Part shown: positions 17,980 to 27,212 of the stretch, piece by piece
How positions within the stretch are numbered: position 1 is the first letter of the stretch
Layout: every line of letters begins with the position of its first letter
NCBI GenBank assembly: GCA_046483305.1
Contig: JAWODM010000027.1
Location: 1 to 46,577 of the forward strand
Direction of reading: 5' to 3'
DNA: 46,577 nucleotides
Source: Candidatus Krumholzibacteriales bacterium
GTDB lineage: Bacteria > Krumholzibacteriota > Krumholzibacteriia > Krumholzibacteriales > WJIX01
Position numbers and translations under genes: made by a program
The notes under the pieces: model-generated
The model's input: only the letters and a program-made list of their open reading frames with translations
Database searches by the model: none
What the model was told of the DNA's origin: nothing

Positions 17980-18540
17980 TTGGCAGACACCAGTGATTTC
18001 AGAAACGGCATGGTAATGCGGCTGGACGGCAAGCTTTATTCGATCATTGAATTCATGCATGTCAAACCGGGCAAGGGGGGAGCTTTTGTCAGGACCAAAC
18101 TGAAGGAAATACCGGACGGTTCGGTGATAGACAAGACCTTCAGGTCCGGCGAGAAAGTGGAAGAGGTAAGGGTGGAAAGGCGGAAGCACCAGTTCCTTTA
18201 CGAGAAGAACGGCCTCTATAATATGATGGACCTTCAGAATTACTCCCAGATAACCCTGCCGGAGTCTCTTCTGGAGGATGATCTGGACTATCTCAAGGAA
18301 AACATGGAGCTTGATATACTGTTCGACGGGGATACCCCTATTGAGGTCAAGTTGCCCATCTTCGTGGAGCTGGAGGTGGCCGGGGCTGAGCCGGGAGTCA
18401 AGGGCAACACCGCGCAGGGAGGATCCAAGAACGTGGTACTGGAGACCGGAGCGGAGATAGACGTGCCCCTGTTCATAGAAAAGGGCGATTTGCTGAAAAT
18501 AGATACCCGGAACGGCGAATATATCGAACGGATTCAGTAA
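17980..18540 (+). CDS. efp: Elongation factor P
   Basis: HVKPGKGGAFVRTKLK, PGVKGNTA, VPLFI...IDTRNGEY. Confidence 0.97.
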   Translation: MADTSDFRNGMVMRLDGKLYSIIEFMHVKPGKGGAFVRTKLKEIPDGSVIDKTFRSGEKVEEVRVERRKHQFLYEKNGLYNMMDLQNYSQITLPESLLEDDLDYLKENMELDILFDGDTPIEVKLPIFVELEVAGAEPGVKGNTAQGGSKNVVLETGAEIDVPLFIEKGDLLKIDTRNGEYIERIQ

Positions 18541-19013
18541 TGAACAGGAAGAAGATAAAAGAACTCATAGAGATACTCAGGGAAGAGAAGCTGGACGAGA
18601 TCGAGTGGAGCGGCCCCTTTACCAGGATAAGGGTGGTAAAGAGGGCCCCGGCAGCGCAGGCTCCTCCGGCGGGACGGCCGGAGCCGGCCCCGGAGTCGGT
18701 GACCCGGGCCCCCGAAGCGGAACCGGCCTCCGCGGCCGAAACTTCCCCGGCCACTGAGAGCGGCGCTGACGAATTCGAGAAGATAGTATCCCCGATGGTC
18801 GGCACTTTTTACCGGGCGCCCAACCCCCAGGAGCCACCCTATGTCGAAGTGGGAAAGAAAATACGAAAGGGCGAAGTCGTCTGTGTTATCGAGGCTATGA
18901 AGCTGATGAACGAGATCGAAGCGGAGATCGACGGAGTAATCAGGGAAGTTCTGATAGAGGATTCCCAGCCGGTTGAATACGGACAGCCCCTCTTTTCCAT
19001 TGAAACCGACTGA
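18540..19013 (+). CDS. accB: Acetyl-CoA carboxylase biotin carboxyl carrier protein
   Basis: SPMVGTFYRAP, EAMKLMNEI biotinylation site, Pro/Ala linker. Confidence 0.97.
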   Translation: MNRKKIKELIEILREEKLDEIEWSGPFTRIRVVKRAPAAQAPPAGRPEPAPESVTRAPEAEPASAAETSPATESGADEFEKIVSPMVGTFYRAPNPQEPPYVEVGKKIRKGEVVCVIEAMKLMNEIEAEIDGVIREVLIEDSQPVEYGQPLFSIETD

Positions 19014-19041
19014 GCATAATAATTTTCCCATTTCATTCCGA

Positions 19042-19058
19042 TCGGCTTAATATTTGCA
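19042..19058 (+). promoter_or_regulatory. Sigma54-like promoter upstream of pilT
   Basis: TCGGCTTAATATTTGCA: GG-N10-GC spacing with TTGCA -12 box. Confidence 0.45.
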
Positions 19059-19200
19059 AAACATTATGTTGAGATTTGCCGTATCGCAGCCGAGTGCGGA
19101 AGCATTGCCGTTAAGATGCAGGCAATAAAGCGGTTGCGGTGCTTGTGTCTGATAATGAAGCAGTCTGTATTTCTATTAAGAATGCCGAGGAACACTCAAA

Positions 19201-20337
19201 ATGAAAATAAAAGCGATTCTTGAGGAGACAATTGCAAGAAAAGCCTCCGATCTCCATCTGAAGGCAGGTATCCCGCCGGTGCTCCGTATTGACGGGAAGC
19301 TGACCAAGCTCGATTTCGAGAAACCGTCCACAAAGGATATGCAGGATATAGCCGATCAGATACTGTCTCCCGGACAGCGGAAGAAATTCATGGAGGAAAA
19401 AGAAGTCGATTTCGCGTTTGGCGTTCCCGGACTGGCCCGGTTCAGAGCGAACTTCTATGTACAGAGGGGCTCCATAGCGATGGTTTTCAGGCACGTTCCG
19501 GTAAAGATATTTGGCATAGACGAACTGCTTCTTCCTCCGGTGATTAAGAAACTCTGCACGAGCGAGCGCGGGCTGATATTCGTCACCGGAACGGTGGGGA
19601 GCGGTAAATCCACTACCCTGGCGGCGATGGTCCGCGAGATCAACGAGACTACCAGCAAGAATATCATTACCGTGGAAGATCCCATTGAGTTTCTTCACCA
19701 CGACAAGAAGAGCATAGTAAACCAGAGAGAGATAGGCAACGATACCCAGTCCTTCCATGAGGCGCTCAGGCACATCCTGAGACAGGATCCGGACGTTATC
19801 CTGGTCGGGGAGATCAGGGATTCCGAGACCATGGAGATCGCACTGAAGGCGGCCGATACCGGCCACCTGGTACTGTCCACCCTGCATACAATGGACGCCA
19901 CCCAGACCATTAACAGGGTTATTTCCTTTTTCCCTCCACACCAGCACCAGGAGATCAGGTATCTCCTGGCCACCACTCTCAGATCGGTCATCTCACAGAG
20001 GTTGATCCCTCTGGCCGGAAAGGCCGGGCGGGCTCCCGCGGTCGAAGTAATGGTTGTCACATCGGCAATCAGGGAGTATATTATAGACCCAGAGAAGCAG
20101 GAGCTTATTAAACAGGCCATCAAGGAAGGGGTTTCATCGCACGGCATGCAGTCTTTCGACCAGTCTCTGATGAAACTTCTCACTGAAGGCATGATCAGCA
20201 AGGAAGAAGCTCTCAGGCACAGCTCCAACCCGCATGAGTTCGAGCTGAGGCTGAAGGGTATTCAATCCGCCAGCGACAAGAGCTGGGACCAGTTCGAAAA
20301 GGTCGAGGCTGATACGGGATCGAGCAGAGAGTTGTAA
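19201..20337 (+). CDS. pilT: Type IV pilus retraction ATPase, PilT/PilU family
   Basis: ASDLHL, GTVGSGKST Walker A, TVEDPIE, LRQDPDVILVGEIRD, TGHLVLSTLHT, GMQSFDQSL. Confidence 0.92.
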   Translation: MKIKAILEETIARKASDLHLKAGIPPVLRIDGKLTKLDFEKPSTKDMQDIADQILSPGQRKKFMEEKEVDFAFGVPGLARFRANFYVQRGSIAMVFRHVPVKIFGIDELLLPPVIKKLCTSERGLIFVTGTVGSGKSTTLAAMVREINETTSKNIITVEDPIEFLHHDKKSIVNQREIGNDTQSFHEALRHILRQDPDVILVGEIRDSETMEIALKAADTGHLVLSTLHTMDATQTINRVISFFPPHQHQEIRYLLATTLRSVISQRLIPLAGKAGRAPAVEVMVVTSAIREYIIDPEKQELIKQAIKEGVSSHGMQSFDQSLMKLLTEGMISKEEALRHSSNPHEFELRLKGIQSASDKSWDQFEKVEADTGSSREL

Positions 20338-20341
20338 TCGT

Positions 20342-21682
20342 ATGTTCAGGAAAATTCTGGTCGCCGCGCGCGGGGAGATCGCACTGAGGATCATCCGCGC
20401 CTGCAGGGAACTAGGCATTAAGTCTGTGGCGGTGCATTCGACAGCCGACAGGGATTCACTCCATGTGAAGATCGCTGATGAGGACGTCAGTATCGGCCCT
20501 TCCCCCTCCAGGGAGAGCTATCTGAACATCCCCAGGATAATAGCGGCCGCTGAGATTACCAACGCCGACGCCATACACCCCGCCTACGGATTCCTTTCGG
20601 AAAATCCCAATTTCGCGGATATATGCCTCTCCTGCGGTATCGCATGGATCGGCCCCGACCCCGGGCTTATGAAGAAAATGGGTGACAAGGCGGAGGCCAG
20701 AAGGGTGATGGAAGAAGCGGGGCTCCCGGTGATTCCGGGATCGGACGGAGTGATATCCGATGAGGATAACGCCCTTGAGCTTTGCGGGGAGATAGGTTAT
20801 CCGGTAATGGTCAAGGCCACTGCCGGTGGAGGGGGCCGCGGTATCAGGATCGTACGGAACAGCAAGCAGCTGGATGACTGTTTCAGGGCGGCCGGCAAGG
20901 AGGCTGAGATATCCTTCGGGGACTCCGGCCTCTACCTGGAGAAGTACCTGCAGGACCCCAGGCATATAGAGGTTCAGATACTGGGAGACGGCCGGGGAGG
21001 GGTAATCCATTTCGGTGAGCGAGAATGCAGCATCCAGAGAAGGCACCAGAAACTTATAGAGGAATCGCCCTCGCCGGGGATATCGGAAGAGGTTAGAAAA
21101 AAGCTTTTCGAGTACGCGGTCAGGGGCGGAGAGTATATCAATTACAACTCCCTGGGAACGGTGGAGTTCCTGGTCGATTCTTCCGGCAGGATATACTTCC
21201 TGGAGATGAATACCAGGGTCCAGGTGGAGCACCCGGTTACCGAAATGGTATGCGGGGTGGACCTGATCAAAGAGCAGATAAGGCTTGCCTCCAGCGGCAA
21301 GTTCGGAGAGTCGGCCATCAACGCCGGGATGATCGGATGGGCCATAGAATGCCGGGTAAACGCCGAGGACCCGGAGAAGGGCTTTATCCCGGTCCCGGGA
21401 AAGATAGAATTCTTCCATGTTCCCGGAGGGCCGGGGGTGAGGGTAGATTCGCACATCTATTCAGGCTGCGAGGTGTCGTCTTATTACGACTCTCTTCTGG
21501 CCAAGCTGATCGTATGGGGAAAGAACCGGGATGAGGCGATTGAGCGTATGAAGAGGTCGCTGGACGAGTTCATTATAGAGGGAATACCGACCACCATTCC
21601 CTTCCTGCAGAAGATAATCAGCGGCAGGAACTTCGAGCGCGGAGATTTTCATACCGCCTTTCTGGAGCGGGAGATCGTGTAA
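20342..21682 (+). CDS. accC: Acetyl-CoA carboxylase biotin carboxylase
   Basis: RGEIALRIIRAC, GGGGRG, RECSIQRRHQK, EMNTRVQVEHPVTE, YYDSLLAKLI. Confidence 0.96.
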   Translation: MFRKILVAARGEIALRIIRACRELGIKSVAVHSTADRDSLHVKIADEDVSIGPSPSRESYLNIPRIIAAAEITNADAIHPAYGFLSENPNFADICLSCGIAWIGPDPGLMKKMGDKAEARRVMEEAGLPVIPGSDGVISDEDNALELCGEIGYPVMVKATAGGGGRGIRIVRNSKQLDDCFRAAGKEAEISFGDSGLYLEKYLQDPRHIEVQILGDGRGGVIHFGERECSIQRRHQKLIEESPSPGISEEVRKKLFEYAVRGGEYINYNSLGTVEFLVDSSGRIYFLEMNTRVQVEHPVTEMVCGVDLIKEQIRLASSGKFGESAINAGMIGWAIECRVNAEDPEKGFIPVPGKIEFFHVPGGPGVRVDSHIYSGCEVSSYYDSLLAKLIVWGKNRDEAIERMKRSLDEFIIEGIPTTIPFLQKIISGRNFERGDFHTAFLEREIV

Positions 21683-21693
21683 GGGGAGATCCC

Positions 21694-23052
21694 TTGGATA
21701 TAACTTTTCTCACAACAGCCGCCGGAGGCGCCGGGGCGGTACCCCGTTCCGGTACAGTGGCGGTTATTGACGTTCTGCGGGCAACCAGCTGCATGGTCAG
21801 GGCGATTGAGAACGGAGCCTCGAGAGTGATTCCGGCGGCTGGCCCCGGACAGGCAGGGGAGCTGGCGGAGGCCTTCCCTCCGGGAAAAGCGGTTCTTGCA
21901 GGCGAGGCAGACGGCAAGCCGTTGGAAGGCTTCGACCTGTTCAACTCCCCGGGGGAGTTTACCCCTGAAGCGGTAGAGGGAAAGACAGTAATAATGTCCA
22001 CCTCCAACGGAACCGGAGCGGTCCGGGCCGCCGCGGCCGCGGAGAAGGTTTATATATGCTCCCTTACCAATGTTGATTCGGTCGCCCGGGAGTGCGGCTC
22101 TGCGGACAGCCTGGTGATTCTCTGCAGCGGAAACCAGGGCCGGGTCTGCAGCGAGGATATCCTCTGCGGGGGGATACTCCTGCAGGTGCTGGAGAGCCGC
22201 CGGCAGGAGAGCCGCCTGGACGACGCCGCCCGGATATCCCTGTTGCTGGCTGAAGAGTTCGGAGAGGATCCATACCGCATGCTCAAAGACTGCGACAGGG
22301 GAACAGCCCTGGAAGAAGCGGGATACGGGCAGGACGTGGTAGACTGTTCAGCCCGGGGCAGCTCTCTGGCGGTTCCAATCCTCAGAAGCGGGGAGATTGT
22401 AAATTCCGAAAGGCCGCTATTTTCCATACCGGAGAAACCTTTCCTGTACGCAATCCTTGACAGGTCTGTCATCCCGGGTTCAGAGACCGCTGCCGCCGCG
22501 CGCAGCCTGGCCGAGGGTGGAGTAGACCTTGTTCAGTACAGGGCCAAGGGGCTGCCGGAGAAAGAGAAAATAGAGGATATCAGAGCAGCGATGGAGCAAC
22601 TGTCGAAGAACCGGATACCATTGATAATAAACGACGATCCTCTTCTGGCACAGAAGAGCGGAGCCGCCGGGGTTCATCTGGGAAGGGAAGACCCCTGCCC
22701 TGCGAAGGCGCGGGAGATTCTGGGCCGGGATGCTATCATAGGAGTTACCGTACATTCGGCCGGCGAACTCGAAGAGGCTCCCCTTGAGGTTCTCGACTAT
22801 ATATCGGCCGGAGCGGTCTTCAGCTCGCCCACCAAACCGGGAATCGAAGTGGCCGGAACTTCATTCATTTCCAGAATAAGAGAACGGACCTCCCTTCCCC
22901 TGGTGGCTATCGGGGGGATCACGCCTGATAACGCGCCGGAAGTCCTGAAAGCGGGCGCTGACGGAATGGCGGTTATCTCATCGATATTCTCAGGCGATAT
23001 TAAAAAAAACTGCTTTACCTTCAGGCGGATCATTGATAAAAATATAAGGTAA
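21694..23052 (+). CDS. thiE: Fusion: ComB-like 2-phosphosulfolactate phosphatase + thiamine-phosphate synthase ThiE
   Basis: N-half VIDVLRATS, GFDLFNSP, STSNGT, ED..CGG (ComB); C-half VQYRAK, IINDD, GVHLG, SPTK, VAIGGI (ThiE); single open frame. Confidence 0.88.
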   Translation: MDITFLTTAAGGAGAVPRSGTVAVIDVLRATSCMVRAIENGASRVIPAAGPGQAGELAEAFPPGKAVLAGEADGKPLEGFDLFNSPGEFTPEAVEGKTVIMSTSNGTGAVRAAAAAEKVYICSLTNVDSVARECGSADSLVILCSGNQGRVCSEDILCGGILLQVLESRRQESRLDDAARISLLLAEEFGEDPYRMLKDCDRGTALEEAGYGQDVVDCSARGSSLAVPILRSGEIVNSERPLFSIPEKPFLYAILDRSVIPGSETAAAARSLAEGGVDLVQYRAKGLPEKEKIEDIRAAMEQLSKNRIPLIINDDPLLAQKSGAAGVHLGREDPCPAKAREILGRDAIIGVTVHSAGELEEAPLEVLDYISAGAVFSSPTKPGIEVAGTSFISRIRERTSLPLVAIGGITPDNAPEVLKAGADGMAVISSIFSGDIKKNCFTFRRIIDKNIR

Positions 23053-23109
23053 TATAAATAGAGTTTAACTGAATCCTGAAAACTGTTCAAATCGACTGAA
23101 TTATACCCT

Positions 23110-25239
23110 ATGAAGAAAATCGAGAAGATAGCGAAAGGGATCCTGCTGATTATATCCGCTCTGTTCGTGGGGCTGGCTCTGGTTTCATTCGATATAAGGG
23201 AATGGGGCCTTTTCTGGGAGGCGGAGATGAACCTCTGCGGGCCGGCCGGAGTTTATATAGGCGGGGTGGTATTTCGAGGGCTTGGGTCGGTTTTCGGATG
23301 GATGGTGCCGATATTCCTTCTGTTCATGGGGATCGTTTATTTAAGGGATGAGAAGCTGTCGAAATACTACCCGGCACTGCTCAGGTCATTCCTGTTTCTC
23401 TTCCTGGCCTCATGCCTCTTCTACGCGGGCGGCTTTCACACTGAGAGCGGCCTTCTGGCCGGATGGACCTTCGAGTTCCTGGAGATGGTTACCGGAACTA
23501 TCGGCTCCTGGCTGGTCCTGGCGGCAGCGTTCATCATCGCCACGGTGGCGCTGTTCCACCGCTGGTTCAGGAAACTGGGGTCGATGATCTCATCACGGGT
23601 AAGGGGCGAAGCGAAGAAGAAGAAAAAGAAAAAGCAGAAGAAAAAGGAGCCGGCCTTTGAGATAATTGAGACCGGGGAAGAGGAGAGATGGAAGCAGGGC
23701 CAGGAAGAAAAGCCTAAAATAGATATTCCGAAAAGGACCAGGACAGAGAGAAAACAGGAGAAAAGAGAGAAAACTGTGCCTGTTGCCACCTCCACCGCCG
23801 CCGACAACGCGCCCCTTCCCGATCTTGACATACTGGAGGATATAGACCTGGACGGCTCCACCTACAACGAGGAAGACCTGATAGTCCGGTCTCAGATCAT
23901 AGAATCGAAGCTGGCGGATTTCGGCCTGCAGGGCAAGGTCAAGCAGGTCAAGCCCGGCCCGGTGGTCACCACTTTCGAGTTCGTTCCGGCCCCGGGCGTG
24001 AGGATAAGCCAGATAGTCAACCGGGGGGACGACCTCTCGCTCGCTCTGGCTGCCAAGGCGATCAGGATTCAGGCCCCCATTCCCGGCAAGGGGGCGGTCG
24101 GGATAGAGGTCCCCAACCCTGAACCGGAGATGGTTTACATCAAGGATATGCTCCAGCACTGCTCACCCGACGACGGGGGGCTGGTGGTGGCCCTTGGGAA
24201 GACCGTCACCGGAGAGCCATTCTTCGCCGATATAGCGCAGATGCCTCATCTTCTGGTGGCCGGCGCTACCGGAAGTGGGAAAAGCGTCTGTATAAACTCG
24301 ATAATTACAAGTCTGCTGTTCAGCCACACTCCGGCCACCTGCCGCTTCATCCTGATTGACCCGAAGCGGCTGGAGCTGATCCCGTACAAGGGGATCCCTC
24401 ACCTTCTGCACCCGGTGATTACCGACTCCGAGGATGTGCTTAAGGTGATGAACTGGCTGACCATCGAAATGGACCGGCGCTACCGGAAACTGGCCAGGTT
24501 CGGGGTCAAGAACATAACCAGCTTCAACAGGATGATAGAGGCCGATAAACCGGTCGATGAGGAAACCGGAGAGGAGCTGGGCAAGCTTCCCTACCACGTG
24601 ACCATCATAGACGAGCTGGCCGATATAATGCTGTCTGTCGGTAATGAGATATACCCCACCATTACCCGGCTCTCACAGATGGCCAGGGCGGTTGGGATTC
24701 ACCTGGTATTCTCCACCCAGAGGCCTTCGGTGGATGTGGTTACAGGCCTGATCAAGGCGAATTTCCCCTCCCGTATAGCTTTCCAGGTTACCTCCAAGAC
24801 CGACTCGAGGACCATACTGGATGTAAACGGAGCGGAGAGCCTTCTGGGCAATGGCGATATGCTGTATCTTCCCAAAGACCTTCCCAACCCGGTGAGGATA
24901 CAGGGATCATATATCTCGGAGAGGGATGCCGCCGCGGTGGCCGATTACTGGAAGCAGTTCCAGAAGGGAGGAGACAAAATCGATCTGACCAGGGTCAAGG
25001 GCAAAAAGGACGTGGGAGAGGTGGAGTGCGACGATGACCTTCTGGACAAGGCCAAAGAACTGGTGATAGTACACCAGCAGGGTTCCATATCGCTTCTGCA
25101 GCGGAGGCTCAGGGTCGGCTACGCCAGGGCCGCCCGCCTGGTCGATATGCTGGAGGAGATCGGTGTGGTGGGCCCCTACGAGGGTAGCAAGGCGCGAAAG
25201 GTCCTGATAAGCAGAGAAGAGTATGAGAGAAGCGGCTGA
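23110..25239 (+). CDS. ftsK: DNA translocase FtsK
   Basis: N-terminal TM helices, PHLLVAGATGSGKS, IIDELAD, TQRPSVDV, gamma domain SISLLQRRLRVGYARAAR. Confidence 0.96.
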   Translation: MKKIEKIAKGILLIISALFVGLALVSFDIREWGLFWEAEMNLCGPAGVYIGGVVFRGLGSVFGWMVPIFLLFMGIVYLRDEKLSKYYPALLRSFLFLFLASCLFYAGGFHTESGLLAGWTFEFLEMVTGTIGSWLVLAAAFIIATVALFHRWFRKLGSMISSRVRGEAKKKKKKKQKKKEPAFEIIETGEEERWKQGQEEKPKIDIPKRTRTERKQEKREKTVPVATSTAADNAPLPDLDILEDIDLDGSTYNEEDLIVRSQIIESKLADFGLQGKVKQVKPGPVVTTFEFVPAPGVRISQIVNRGDDLSLALAAKAIRIQAPIPGKGAVGIEVPNPEPEMVYIKDMLQHCSPDDGGLVVALGKTVTGEPFFADIAQMPHLLVAGATGSGKSVCINSIITSLLFSHTPATCRFILIDPKRLELIPYKGIPHLLHPVITDSEDVLKVMNWLTIEMDRRYRKLARFGVKNITSFNRMIEADKPVDEETGEELGKLPYHVTIIDELADIMLSVGNEIYPTITRLSQMARAVGIHLVFSTQRPSVDVVTGLIKANFPSRIAFQVTSKTDSRTILDVNGAESLLGNGDMLYLPKDLPNPVRIQGSYISERDAAAVADYWKQFQKGGDKIDLTRVKGKKDVGEVECDDDLLDKAKELVIVHQQGSISLLQRRLRVGYARAARLVDMLEEIGVVGPYEGSKARKVLISREEYERSG

Positions 25240-26542
25240 TACACCCACCTTTTACTTTTTCAATCTGGGATGCGCGAAGAACCTGGTAGATGCCGGAAAT
25301 ACCGCCAACCGCCTGCTGGAAGCCGGTTACAGGGAAGCGGAAGACCCCCGGGATGCCGGTCTTCTCATAATAACTACCTGTGCATTCATAGAACCGGCAG
25401 AGAGAGAATCTGTCGATGAAATCCTGCGGGTGGCCGCAGCCAGAAAGCCCGATCAGCTTCTGGCGGTGTTAGGCTGCCTGGTCTCCAGGGAGGGAGAGAA
25501 ACAGCTCGCCGGGCTTCTTCCCGAGGTCGATATATTCCTCCCCGTTCCCCGAATGGAGATGCTTCCGGAAGAGCTGAAAAAGAGAGGGCTGTTTAATCCG
25601 AAGACGGCTCCAGGCGCCTTCTGGAAACAGTTTACCCCGTACCACCTCGCCTACCTGAAGATAGCTGAAGGTTGCGGCAACTACTGCTCGTACTGTACAA
25701 TACCGGCAATAAGGGGAGGTTTGAAATCGATGCCGGAAGAAGATGCCATCCAGGAGGCGAAAGAGCTTGTTTCCCATGGAGTAAAAGAACTGGTTGTAAT
25801 AGCCCAGGATACCGCATCCTGGGGAAAGGACCTGGGAGGTCAGAGGGATCTCTGTGATCTTCTGATCTCGATTCATGATAACGCTTCCCCTGAATGGCTC
25901 CGCCTGATGTATCTTCATCCGGCCCATATAGACCTGGAGCGGCTGATAGAGATTATACAGTCCGGAATTATCCTGCCCTATCTTGATATACCGATACAGC
26001 ACGTTTCCGGCCGGATACTTGAAGATATGGGTAGAGGGTACGACCGGAAGTTCCTGGAAAAACTCTTCGGCAGACTGAAATCGGAAATCCCGGGCCTGGT
26101 CCTCAGAACCACCGTAATGGCGGGGTATCCCGGGGAAACCGAGGAAGATTTCAATGAGCTCTACGATTTCCTGGAAGAGTTTGAGCTGGACTATGCCGGG
26201 GTCTTCGGTTACTGCCCCGAGGAGGGTACCAGGGCTTTCAAACTAACCGGCAGAGTTGATGAAGATACGGTCAGGAGCCGGGTGGACCGGATCTCAGAGC
26301 TTCAGATGGAGATAGCGCAGAGCAGGCTGGGGGAGAGGATAGATGATGAAGAGACCGTTCTGATTGACAGCGCTCTGGAGAGCGGCGAGGGCCCGGTTAC
26401 AGCCGAAGGCAGATTCTACGGCCAGTGCTATGAGGTGGACGGAGTGGTACTGATATCCGGCGGCAGGCCAGAGGAAGGAACCTTCAGGAAGGTCAGGTTT
26501 GATTCGGTTCAGATTTACGACCTGTATGGTGAGTTGATTTAA
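25223..26542 (+). CDS. rimO: Ribosomal protein S12 methylthiotransferase RimO
   Basis: LGCAKNLVD, TCAFI, KIAEGCGNYCSYC radical SAM motif, YLDIPIQH, TRAM-like C-terminus EVDG. Confidence 0.93.
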   Translation: MREAADTPTFYFFNLGCAKNLVDAGNTANRLLEAGYREAEDPRDAGLLIITTCAFIEPAERESVDEILRVAAARKPDQLLAVLGCLVSREGEKQLAGLLPEVDIFLPVPRMEMLPEELKKRGLFNPKTAPGAFWKQFTPYHLAYLKIAEGCGNYCSYCTIPAIRGGLKSMPEEDAIQEAKELVSHGVKELVVIAQDTASWGKDLGGQRDLCDLLISIHDNASPEWLRLMYLHPAHIDLERLIEIIQSGIILPYLDIPIQHVSGRILEDMGRGYDRKFLEKLFGRLKSEIPGLVLRTTVMAGYPGETEEDFNELYDFLEEFELDYAGVFGYCPEEGTRAFKLTGRVDEDTVRSRVDRISELQMEIAQSRLGERIDDEETVLIDSALESGEGPVTAEGRFYGQCYEVDGVVLISGGRPEEGTFRKVRFDSVQIYDLYGELI

Positions 26543-26573
26543 TGGTTTGTGAAAAGATAAAAAGGAGCCTGAT

Positions 26574-27092
26574 TTGGTAGCAATCCTACAGCATACCGGA
26601 CTGGTTCTTCTGTATCTTCTGGTTTTCCTGTTGAACCTGCTTATTTTTGCCGGGATCCCGGGTGGGTGGGCGGGGATGACCGTGATTTTCATTTATGACC
26701 TGGCGCGGGGATTCGATGTAATAGGATGGCAGTGGTGGGTGGTGATGGCGGCCCTTCTGGTGATCGGGGAGATCCTGGAGGCGCTCATGGGGTCGGTGAT
26801 GGCGGTCAGAAAGGGCGCTTCGAAATGGGGGGCGTTCGGCGCCCTGGCGGGAGGCGTGATTGGTGCTGTCCTGGGAGCATTAGTTCTGCCTGTAGTTGGA
26901 GGTTTGATATTCGCCCTGGTGGGGGCATTCGCAGGCGCAGTGGCAGCCGAATACCTCCAGTACAAAAAGATGGGAGATGCGATAAATATCGGCTTCTGGG
27001 CCTTTGTGGGCAAGCTCTGGGCATTTCTTCTCAAATACGCGCTGGCGACAGGTATGCTGGTGATATTCATCCTGCGCTCCTGGCCCGGATAG
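26574..27092 (+). CDS. DUF456 family membrane protein
   Basis: Highly hydrophobic; GASKWGAFGALAGG...GAFAGAVAAE glycine-zipper pattern. Confidence 0.8.
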   Translation: MVAILQHTGLVLLYLLVFLLNLLIFAGIPGGWAGMTVIFIYDLARGFDVIGWQWWVVMAALLVIGEILEALMGSVMAVRKGASKWGAFGALAGGVIGAVLGALVLPVVGGLIFALVGAFAGAVAAEYLQYKKMGDAINIGFWAFVGKLWAFLLKYALATGMLVIFILRSWPG

Positions 27093-27126
27093 CGGTATAT
27101 TAAGGCTTGCCGGGAAGTTAATTAAA

Positions 27127-27158
27127 TTGACAGAACTCGGCTATTCTGTTACAATAGC
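27127..27158 (+). promoter_or_regulatory. Sigma70 promoter with overlapping inverted repeat
   Basis: TTGACA-N17-TACAAT with extended TG; GCTATT-N7-AATAGC overlaps the -10. Confidence 0.7.
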
Positions 27159-27212
27159 TTCATATATAAACATGAGGGACTCTGTTCAACTACTTCAACA
27201 GGCTGGTTAAAA

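Noticed and set aside
23610..23650. Poly-Lys/A-rich stretch in ftsK as a slippage site
   Set aside because: Frame is intact, with mixed AAG/AAA codons; typical low-complexity FtsK linker.
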